Positions 6,939-14,067 of a stretch of 14,612 bases of DNA are shown here, one piece after another. How positions within the stretch are numbered: position 1 is the stretch's first letter; each line of letters opens with the position of its first letter. The notes under the pieces were generated by a model that worked only from the letters and a program-made list of their open reading frames with translations, ran no database searches and was not told where the DNA came from. This DNA is from an uncultured Phycisphaeraceae bacterium (GTDB lineage Bacteria; Planctomycetota; Phycisphaerae; UBA1845), in NCBI GenBank assembly GCA_964548955.1, contig CAZJTP010000110.1:1-14612 (forward strand), given 5' to 3'. The translations under genes and the position numbers were made by a program.

Positions 6939-9146
6939 ATGAAGCCTGAATCGCTCATTCAACTGATCAGCACCGGCAATACCACAATCGTTGAAAAGGA
7001 GTGGATGCGCCTCATCGAGGCGGCGGACGTGCCGCCGGCGCGTCTGGCCGATTACCAGGGTGTCTTAACCGAGCTGTGCGCCGTGGGAAAGACCACACTG
7101 GCGGAGGAGTTCGCGTGGGCGGCTATCGAAACCACATCCGCTCGCCTGACACCGCGGGAGACGCTGACGGTTGCGGGACCGTTTCTTCTGGCCCTTGACC
7201 AGAGCGAGGTGCTCCGGGGTTTGGTTGTGGAACTTTACCGGTCCGCATACGGCGATCACGAGTGGCTTGACGAGCTGCTTGCCGAATCCGGTCTGGGTGG
7301 TGGTCGACCCGCGCGACGCGCCCTGCGAACACTCGATGTGTGTCTGTCGGTGACGGAGGGGGATTTTCTCGCGGCGCGCCACGAAGACGGCGCGGCGCGT
7401 ATCGAGAAGATCGATACGGCCTCCTGGCAGTTCACCATAACCGACGGGCAGGCGACCGAGACACTTGGAGCCGTGCATCTTGCGGACCAATACCGGCCTG
7501 CGCCGGCGTCGGAGTTTAAGGTGGTACGGAGGTTCGCGCCGGATGAACTTGCCAAGCGGCTATGGAATGACCCGACGCCGATCGTCATCGACATCTGCAA
7601 ACAGCATGAGGATCACATTGACAGCGATCTGCTCGAGGCGATCCTCGTACCGGGGCTTCTGCCTGAAGCCGACTGGAAGAAATGGTGGATGCGTGCCCGA
7701 ACCGCGTTGAAGAAATGTCCGAACATAAGCATTGAGGGCCGGTCGCCCTACGATCTGACGTACGTCGAGAAGCCGAACTCGCTGGAAGAGGAAATGCTGG
7801 AGGCGTTTGAACGCCAGCACGACCCGCTCGCCCGGCTCGATCTGGTGGAGAAGTACGTCCGGGAATGCAAGACTCGCGGAGAGCAACGTTCGGAGTCAGC
7901 GCTGCGACAATGCTATGACAGTTTTACGGAGCGCGCAAAACGGGGCACCCGGGAGGGGGTGGTTCAGGCCGGTCTTTTCTGGGTGATCGCCCGGCGGCTT
8001 GCTCAGCTTGCCGGTATCGAAGACTGGCCGGACGAAGCGATCGGACTGTTTCGCACGTCAACCGATCTGAAAGCCGTTTTTGGGGAAATCGAGAGCGACG
8101 CACTGCTCGATATTGCTTGCACGTTGCTGGTGGAAGCCAGGCCGGACGACTGGGCGGATCATCTCGCGGCTTTGCTGCCCATGCTTCCGCTGACGGTTTG
8201 CGATCGGACGGCGGGGCGGCTGATCAAGGCCGGTCGCGGCTTAGCTGATCTTGAGCTGATCGTGCAGCGGATCATGGGTTCGCCCGTTGAGCATTTCGAG
8301 GCGTTGCTATGGTTGTGGGACGGTCCTTCAGATACACAGAGGATCCCGGTTCCGGGGCCGGTAACGCTCCTGTCACGAATCCTTCGCACGTTGGACGACT
8401 GTCGACGTAGTGACAGGATTCCGCGTGAGACCACAAGAAGGCTGGGCGCACGTGCCCGGGCGGTTCTTTCGGCCCGCAAGTACGAACGGTTCGACCGGTG
8501 TCTCGATGAATTGGAGCCCGACATGGCCGGTCCGCTCCGTCAGCAGATTCGCCGACTGGACAGCTTTGGGCGGGCCTTGCGGGAAGACCTTGTGAGACGG
8601 CTGGACCGTCGCTTCCCACCGATTCCGTCGGGGCCCAGAGTTCAACCGTGGGCGCTCGACGACGTACTCTATGTGACCAAGGACGGCCTGGTCCGCAAGC
8701 AGGAAGAGATTGAGCATCACGTGAACGTCAAGATGAAGCGGAACGCCGAGGCCATCGGGCGGGCTGCCGCCATGGGTGATCTCAGCGAGAATTCCGAATA
8801 CAAGTTCGCGCTGGAGGAGCGTGATTTACTACGGGCCCGGCTCGCGCAGATGAACGGGGAGGTGGCCAAGGCGCGGATCCTCACGCCGGACGACGTCCCC
8901 GCCGACTATGTGGGGATCGGCACGAAGGTCATCTTTCGCCGCACGACGGACGGGCAACCCTATGAGATGTCGTTCGTAGGACCGTGGGAGGCGGACCTGG
9001 ACAGGTCCTGGTTCAACTACGGGGCTCCGGTCGCCCGAAAGGTCTTAGGCAAACACATCGGGGACGTCGTGGAGTTCGACCACGGTGACGTGGCAGGCAG
9101 CTACGAGATTGTGGCGCTGGGAAATGCCCTTGCTGAGAATGAGTGA
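6939..9146 (+). CDS. greA: Long-form GreA/GreB-family transcript cleavage factor: ~575-aa N-terminal extension plus a 160-aa Gre module
   Basis: The C-terminal 160 aa (8664..9143) read LVRKQEEIEHHV...AAAMGDLSENSEYKFALEERDLLRARLAQMNGEVAKARIL...IGTKVIFRR...YEMSFVGPWEADLDRSWFNYGAPVARKVLGKHIGDVVEF...YEIVAL. This matches the GreA coiled-coil tip (GDL.EN.EY with the acidic D/E pair) and the globular domain (VG..EAD.....S..SP.ar.LlGk..GD.v). I cannot place the N-terminal 575 aa in any family. Confidence 0.8.
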   Translation: MKPESLIQLISTGNTTIVEKEWMRLIEAADVPPARLADYQGVLTELCAVGKTTLAEEFAWAAIETTSARLTPRETLTVAGPFLLALDQSEVLRGLVVELYRSAYGDHEWLDELLAESGLGGGRPARRALRTLDVCLSVTEGDFLAARHEDGAARIEKIDTASWQFTITDGQATETLGAVHLADQYRPAPASEFKVVRRFAPDELAKRLWNDPTPIVIDICKQHEDHIDSDLLEAILVPGLLPEADWKKWWMRARTALKKCPNISIEGRSPYDLTYVEKPNSLEEEMLEAFERQHDPLARLDLVEKYVRECKTRGEQRSESALRQCYDSFTERAKRGTREGVVQAGLFWVIARRLAQLAGIEDWPDEAIGLFRTSTDLKAVFGEIESDALLDIACTLLVEARPDDWADHLAALLPMLPLTVCDRTAGRLIKAGRGLADLELIVQRIMGSPVEHFEALLWLWDGPSDTQRIPVPGPVTLLSRILRTLDDCRRSDRIPRETTRRLGARARAVLSARKYERFDRCLDELEPDMAGPLRQQIRRLDSFGRALREDLVRRLDRRFPPIPSGPRVQPWALDDVLYVTKDGLVRKQEEIEHHVNVKMKRNAEAIGRAAAMGDLSENSEYKFALEERDLLRARLAQMNGEVAKARILTPDDVPADYVGIGTKVIFRRTTDGQPYEMSFVGPWEADLDRSWFNYGAPVARKVLGKHIGDVVEFDHGDVAGSYEIVALGNALAENE

Positions 9147-9229
9147 CAAGGCGGCACGCTCAAAGCGTTTCTCCTGAACCGATCCGATGACACGAGCGGA
9201 CCGCGTCTTTCCAACTGGAGAACGAGACC

Positions 9230-10294
9230 ATGAAGGCTGCGATTATCGGCTTGCCGCAATCCGGTAAATCAACCCTGTTTTCCGCCGTCACCGGAGTAGC
9301 CGTGGACCCATACGCCGCACGGGAACCGCACCAGGCGATCGTGCAGGTTCCCGATCCGCGGCTGGATTATCTGGCCGATCTCGGCAAGCCCAAGAAGGTC
9401 ACTGAGGCCACAATCGAATTCGTCGATGTGCCGGGTTGTTCGCTGGATGACGCAAAAGGGCAGGAGGAGTGGCGCCGCCTGCTTCCCGTGGTGCGTCAGG
9501 CAAATCTGCTGGTGATCGTGACGCGAGACTTCGAGAACGCAGCCGTACCGGCCTACCGCGACCGCGTCGACGCCAGGGCCGACTTTACGGCCGTGTGGGA
9601 TGAGATGATCTTCGCCGATCTTGATGCCGTCACAACCCGTATCGAGCGGATCGAAGCGGCCCTCAAGAAACCCACGAGATCGCATGAGGCTGAGAAACGC
9701 GAACTCGCCTTGCTGACGCGATGCCGTGAGGCCCTTGAGTCCGAGGCGCCGCTTTCCTCGGTAATCTCGACGGAAGAGGAACGTCGAGAAGTGTCGAGCT
9801 TCGCGTTCCTGACCGAAAAGCCGCTGGCAGGGGTGCGCAATGTGTCCGACGACCGGGCAGCGGACACGGAGCACTGGGAAATCCCCAACGTACAAGAGAC
9901 CATCAGCCTGAGCGCTTCGATCGAGGCGGAGATTGCGATGCTCGATCCAAAGGATCGGCCGGTCTTTCTGGCTGATCTGGATCTAAACGAGCCCGCAAAA
10001 GACCGGCTCATCCGCACGTGTATCAGGGCCTGTGATCTGATCTGCTTTTTCACGATGAACGCTGACGAGCTACGGGCCTGGCTGGTGCCGGCGGGCACCA
10101 CGGCCGTCGAGGCGGCAGCCAAGGTCCACACCGACCTTGCTCGTGGGTTCATCCGTGCCGAGACCGTCTCACATGACGACCTGGTGGCCCATAAGGACAT
10201 GAAGGGTGCGAAGGCAGCCGGCCGAGTCCGAAAGGAGGGTAAGACGTACGTCGTTACGGACGGCGATCTCCTCCAAATCCTCGCGAGTACGTAG
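9230..10294 (+). CDS. ychF: Ribosome-binding ATPase YchF (Obg-like GTPase family)
   Basis: MKAAIIGLPQSGKSTLFSAVTG contains the P-loop, followed by DVPG. The C-terminal YchF/TGS-like domain is present: RAWLVPAGTTAVEAAAKVHTDLARGFIRAETVSHDDL...KAAGRVRKEGKTYVVTDGDLLQI. GGAG lies 9 nt upstream of the ATG. Confidence 0.85.
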   Translation: MKAAIIGLPQSGKSTLFSAVTGVAVDPYAAREPHQAIVQVPDPRLDYLADLGKPKKVTEATIEFVDVPGCSLDDAKGQEEWRRLLPVVRQANLLVIVTRDFENAAVPAYRDRVDARADFTAVWDEMIFADLDAVTTRIERIEAALKKPTRSHEAEKRELALLTRCREALESEAPLSSVISTEEERREVSSFAFLTEKPLAGVRNVSDDRAADTEHWEIPNVQETISLSASIEAEIAMLDPKDRPVFLADLDLNEPAKDRLIRTCIRACDLICFFTMNADELRAWLVPAGTTAVEAAAKVHTDLARGFIRAETVSHDDLVAHKDMKGAKAAGRVRKEGKTYVVTDGDLLQILAST

Positions 10295-10315
10295 AGCAAG
10301 CAGTCTTTTCATGTA

Positions 10316-10339
10316 GCGCCGGCCCCTTGTGGGCGGCGC
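10316..10339. terminator. GC-rich hairpin in the convergent ychF / beta-helix intergenic region
   Basis: GCGCCGGCCCC-ttgt-GGGCGGCGC gives a ~9-bp stem with one bulge, 22 nt after the ychF stop. There is no U-tract, so the terminator role is uncertain. A perfect 16-nt palindrome GGGTCCGCGCGGACCC lies at 10383-10398. Confidence 0.25.
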
Positions 10340-10505
10340 AATGTGCCGTGAGTGCCAGCAAGGCGGCACGGCCGGGTGGCATGGGTCCGCGCGGACCCGT
10401 GTGGCGTACCAAAGAGCCTACTCCGTTAATCCTTGGGGCACCGGTTTTCATCTGGTGAAACACACGGGTTGCGAATCCGTGCCACATTGCCTACTCAGAT
10501 AAGCT

Positions 10506-11828
10506 TCAAGGCTGCGGGCCTTTGAAGAACACCTGAAACAGCGCGAAGTCGTGCAAGTCCACATCGCCGTCGAACTCGAAATCGAACGCTTCACAGCCCG
10601 AATCATACGGTCCGTTGTCCGGACCGGTCATGCAGGCTTCCCAGGCGGCGAAGTCGGTCAGGTCAACAGTCTGATCGCAGTCGTAGTCCCCAATGCCGAA
10701 CTCGTACGCGCCCATGTCCACGCGGTCGCACAGGATCCGTGCGTGACCGTCGAGGTCGGTAGTGACCTGCGGCGGCACGGCCTCGTTGTCCCCGGTGTTG
10801 ATGCAGGGCGAGTCGGCCTGCAGGTGGTAGTCGCCATCGACCCAGAAGCCATCGTCCGGATCGCCCGGTGTGCCGTTGTCGTCCCAGTACCCCGGATCGA
10901 CAAACACCGGGTCGTCGTCGATGTTGCCGTTGGTCCCAGTGGGGTCGGACAGACCCTCGTAGTCGTACTCGGTGTTGCTGCAGACGCAGTTGTACCGTAG
11001 CGTCGGGGTGCCGGCATAGTATTGGTCTTGCCGAATCCCCGAAGAGTTGAACGCGACAATTGTGTTCGCGATTGTCGGGGAGGAGTAATCATACAGGTAC
11101 AGCCCGCCGCCGCCGTACTCGTCAGCGCTGTTGCCCGTGATCGTGTTGTTCTCGATCGCAGGGGAGGAGAAGGCCAGGTACAGCCCGCCTCCGCCGTCAG
11201 CGATGTTGCCCTTGATCGTGTTGTTCGCGATCGTCGGGGAAGAACCGTATAGGTACAGCGCGCCGCCGGAGCCGGCGCTGTTGCCCGAAATCGTGTTGTT
11301 CGCAATCGTCGTCGGGGAGGCTTCCAACAACAGGCACAGCCCGCCGCCGTAAACGGCTGCGATGTTATCCGTGATCGTGTTGTTCACGATCGTCGGGGAG
11401 GAGGAGTACAGGCACAGCCCACCGCCGTAGTCGCCGGCCTCGTTACCCGTGATCGTGTTGTTCGCGATTGTCGGGAAGCTCCAGCCTAGGTACAGCCCGC
11501 CGCCGCGGGTGTACGAGCCGAACACCGTGCCGGAGCCGTTGGTGATCGTGAAGCCGTCGATGGCGCCGACTGCTGCGCAGCCCGCTCGCGCGGTCACCAC
11601 CGAGCCTTCCTGCTGCCCGTCCAGAGTCGTGAGATTGGCGTCCCAGTTTCGCTCCGCCCGCACCGTCTCGTAACCGGCAAACCCGCCGTACAAATACGCA
11701 TAGGGATGGAGTGTGATGCGCTCCTCGTACGTGCCGCCCTGTACCCACACCTCGCCGCCAGGCCCGAACCACATCCTGAGATTCTGCTGCACATGGCGGA
11801 CCGATAAAGTCGGTGTAGACCAGCCCAA
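10506..11828 (-). CDS. Right-handed parallel beta-helix repeat protein with a C-terminal dockerin-like double Ca-loop module; N-terminus suspect
   Basis: There are six or more coils of the form GGGLYL..SSPTI.NNTI.GN.A, an upstream GFTITNG, and the tail GDYDCDQTVDLTDFAAWEACMTGPDNGPYDSGCEAFDFEFDGDVDLHDFALFQVFFKGP (10509-10691). The only start is TTG at 11828, with no SD and no signal peptide. An in-frame stop lies at 11889-11891. Confidence 0.75.
   Translation of the reverse strand: MGWSTPTLSVRHVQQNLRMWFGPGGEVWVQGGTYEERITLHPYAYLYGGFAGYETVRAERNWDANLTTLDGQQEGSVVTARAGCAAVGAIDGFTITNGSGTVFGSYTRGGGLYLGWSFPTIANNTITGNEAGDYGGGLCLYSSSPTIVNNTITDNIAAVYGGGLCLLLEASPTTIANNTISGNSAGSGGALYLYGSSPTIANNTIKGNIADGGGGLYLAFSSPAIENNTITGNSADEYGGGGLYLYDYSSPTIANTIVAFNSSGIRQDQYYAGTPTLRYNCVCSNTEYDYEGLSDPTGTNGNIDDDPVFVDPGYWDDNGTPGDPDDGFWVDGDYHLQADSPCINTGDNEAVPPQVTTDLDGHARILCDRVDMGAYEFGIGDYDCDQTVDLTDFAAWEACMTGPDNGPYDSGCEAFDFEFDGDVDLHDFALFQVFFKGPQP
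11043..11507 (-). repeat. Tandem ~69-75 nt coding repeats (beta-helix coils)
   Basis: On the plus strand, (G/A)TCGTGTTGTT(C)(G/A/T)C(G/A)AT(C/T)G(T/C)... recurs, each followed by (T/G)ACAG(C/G)CC(G/A)CC(G/T)CC. Copies begin near 11139, 11214, 11289, 11363 and 11450. Confidence 0.7.
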
Positions 11829-12060
11829 AACGGCGTTCGTCGCAGAAGTCTGACGCCGCGACGAGCTGCGCCGATCGCGGACTTCTTTTCAGCGGAGTTT
11901 GATACAATGGATTAGCGATTGCCCTCGACGGCGAAAGCAGTGGAGGGGTGAGAGGCCGTCAAACCCGTTTGAAGGTTCCCTCGCAACGCGATCCGGTCGC
12001 GCAATCGATGTCGGCCAAGCCCGGCAAATAGAAACAGGCGGTGTTCTGTGGAGCAATGAG

Positions 12061-13452
12061 ATGAAATCAGTAACAGCAAGACTATTGTCCGTGGCTGCCG
12101 GCGTCTTGGTTTCCACGGGATCCAGCACTGCGGCTGAGCCAATCGGAACAGCGTTCACCTACCAGGGGCAGCTAAAAAATGCCGGCGTTCCGCTGACCGG
12201 CACGGCGGACCTGGAGTTCAGCCTGTGGGACGGCGCCGACGCCGGCGAACCGCCAGCCGGCGGAAGTCAGATCGGCCCGACGGTCCACGTCACGAACGTC
12301 GCCGTCACCAATGGCCTGTTCAGCGTCGAACTGGATTTTGGAGCCTCCGCATTCGCCGCCGACGCTCGTTGGCTTCAGGTCGCCGTGCGCTCGCCGCACG
12401 ATCCGGGCGACACACAGCCCTTCACCACGCTCGCGCCGCGGCAGGCATTAACGCCCGCTCCCTTCGCCCTCGCGACCCGCGGCATCAGCCCCCGACAGGT
12501 GTCGGCTTTGGAGGTCCAAAGCAGCATGGGTGGCTTTGTGAACATGTCCAATATCACGGCGTGTCTGCAAACGGATGAGGACATCAAGTGTGACGAGGTG
12601 GTTTTACTCGATGTCGCCCTTCACGAAGGCGTTGAGATCAGCCTCGAGCTTGTCTCCCTAACATCCAGAGAAGAAGCACTTCAACTCGAAATCGAGAAGC
12701 GACCACAGCAGTCAGCTTCAAGCATCAAGGCGTTCACTGTGGACGTGAAGGTGACATTAGGGTCAGAGGCTCATGAGTTCTCGGTCTCACCGGCCGATCC
12801 GATCTACGGGTCCAAGCACGATTCGACGTGGCCGCACACAACGTGGGATTTCGTGGTGTGGCTGGCCGACGATACACACTTGCGGGTGGCGACCGAGCTT
12901 TCGACCCTCAAGTCGATCACCACGGAGTCCGCCGGCGCCATCACCGCCGCCCAGGTCGAGACCTATGGCGAATTCGCGCAGGACGTGAACGTAACCGTGT
13001 CCGTTACGAACATTGGCGACTACAGAACCAACTACATCGTTATGCTGACCGATTGTGCATCGACCGTCGATCCGGTCCCTGCCCAAGCCCGGATGTTTGA
13101 CCCGGAAGAGACCGTGGACTTCGTGTTCAACCTGCACAACAGCGCTCCGTTCGGCGACGCCGACCAGTGCACGGCCACCATCAAGCAGCCCCACGGGAAG
13201 ATCTACCCCCCGTTCACGGTCGACTTCCCGCCGCCCACCGCAGGGCTATCGGCTCCCGCCGCACAGCCCCCGCCCCAACCCAATGTTGACTGGCCTCCTG
13301 CCGCTCGAACAGTCGAACGTCTTGCCTCGCATCAACCATCGGTTGACGTCATCAACGCAAGACGCGGTGAGATGGCCGACCTCAAGGCTCGACTCGAGGA
13401 GCTTGAAGCACTCGTGGAACAACTGCGTTCCACGCGAGAGGACGGCGAATAA
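12061..13452 (+). CDS. Secreted mosaic protein (463 aa): signal peptide, FTYQGQL-type N-terminal module, candidate fusexin/HAP2-like domain I + III segment, Pro-rich linker, C-terminal coiled coil
   Basis: ATG at 12061 with GGAG 7 nt upstream. The signal peptide is MKSVTARLLSVAAGVLVSTGSSTAAEP. Residues 30-140 (FTYQGQLKNAGVPLTGTADLEFSLWD...VTNGLFSVELDFGASAF..DARWLQVAVRS...LAPRQALTPAPFALA) form a module I recognise from many secreted PVC/Acidobacteria proteins. Residues ~158-392 are discussed in the findings. Residues 433-460 (RRGEMADLKARLEELEALVEQLRS) are heptad-like. There is no C-terminal TM segment. The track start at 11899 is rejected. Confidence 0.8.
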   Translation: MKSVTARLLSVAAGVLVSTGSSTAAEPIGTAFTYQGQLKNAGVPLTGTADLEFSLWDGADAGEPPAGGSQIGPTVHVTNVAVTNGLFSVELDFGASAFAADARWLQVAVRSPHDPGDTQPFTTLAPRQALTPAPFALATRGISPRQVSALEVQSSMGGFVNMSNITACLQTDEDIKCDEVVLLDVALHEGVEISLELVSLTSREEALQLEIEKRPQQSASSIKAFTVDVKVTLGSEAHEFSVSPADPIYGSKHDSTWPHTTWDFVVWLADDTHLRVATELSTLKSITTESAGAITAAQVETYGEFAQDVNVTVSVTNIGDYRTNYIVMLTDCASTVDPVPAQARMFDPEETVDFVFNLHNSAPFGDADQCTATIKQPHGKIYPPFTVDFPPPTAGLSAPAAQPPPQPNVDWPPAARTVERLASHQPSVDVINARRGEMADLKARLEELEALVEQLRSTREDGE

Positions 13453-13874
13453 TGAACAAGCATGCACGAACGACGATCCACATGCTGACCGCCACTGCGA
13501 TGCTGGTGTCCGGCATCGCAATGGCGGACGAGTTCGAAATGACCCGCTGGACGATCGACGGCGGTGGGGCGATGCACAGCACCAGTGGGGACTTCGAGTT
13601 GTCCGGAACGGCCGGCCAAACCGATGCCGGCGCGTTGATGATTGGCGGTGAATTCGAGCTGACCGCCGGGTTCTGGTTTCGACAGGCCGAGGGCGACTGC
13701 AACTGCGACTCAGCCGTCAACCTTTTCGACTTCGACGCGTTTGTGGATTGCGCGGGCGACCCGGGTGGCGGGCTGATCGCACCCGAGTGCGTCTGCTTCG
13801 ATTTCGACGGCGATGACGACGTTGACATGGTCGACTTCGCGCTGTTCCAGCGGCAGTTCACCGGGCCACATTGA
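13452..13874 (+). CDS. Small secreted protein (140 aa): signal peptide, GTxGQxDAG...GGFW-type motif, dockerin-like double Ca-loop module
   Basis: The ATG overlaps the previous TAA (TAATG at 13450-13454). The sequence reads MNKHARTTIHMLTATAMLVSGIAMA | TIDGGGAMHSTSGDFELSGTAGQTDAGALMIGGEFELTAGFWF | GDCNCDSAVNLFDFDAFVDCAGDPGGGLIAPECVCFDFDGDDDVDMVDFALFQRQFTGPH. The tail is clearly homologous to the tail of 10506..11828. Confidence 0.8.
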   Translation: MNKHARTTIHMLTATAMLVSGIAMADEFEMTRWTIDGGGAMHSTSGDFELSGTAGQTDAGALMIGGEFELTAGFWFRQAEGDCNCDSAVNLFDFDAFVDCAGDPGGGLIAPECVCFDFDGDDDVDMVDFALFQRQFTGPH

Positions 13875-14067
13875 CCGAGAGGGGCATACGGTACAACATG
13901 CTGCGCGTTTCGTGCGCGAGTTCTCCCAACTCGGTCCGTGTGAGGGTCGAGTCGAGGAAGGGATGGCACCGATTGACACCTGCACGGCCGCCGAGGCGAT
14001 CTGCTCACCTAATGGGCTCGCTTTTCTGCTTGGGGCCTTCGCCCGGCACGCTGGCACGCCGTGGCAT

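Noticed and set aside
9553-10299. 248-aa ORF antisense to ychF
   Set aside because: It has the Ser/Arg/Ala-rich composition typical of the antisense frame of a high-GC gene, and ychF on the plus strand is unambiguous. The same reasoning applies to 9269..9895(-), 10658..11305(-), 10551..11000(+), 13382..14008(-), 1630..2115(-) and 2137..2577(-); the last two also overlap the tRNA.
11900-11908. Extended -10-like TGATACAAT in the divergent intergenic region as the operon promoter
   Set aside because: It is a good match to TGnTATAAT, but there is no convincing -35. It lies ~150 nt from the ATG, and planctomycete promoter rules are unknown to me, so it is too weak to call as a feature.
11899-12060. 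54-codon extension of the fusexin-like ORF
   Set aside because: The ATG at 12061 is preceded by GGAG and starts a canonical signal peptide. The upstream part (MIQWISDCPRRRKQWRGERP...) has no signal-like or conserved features.
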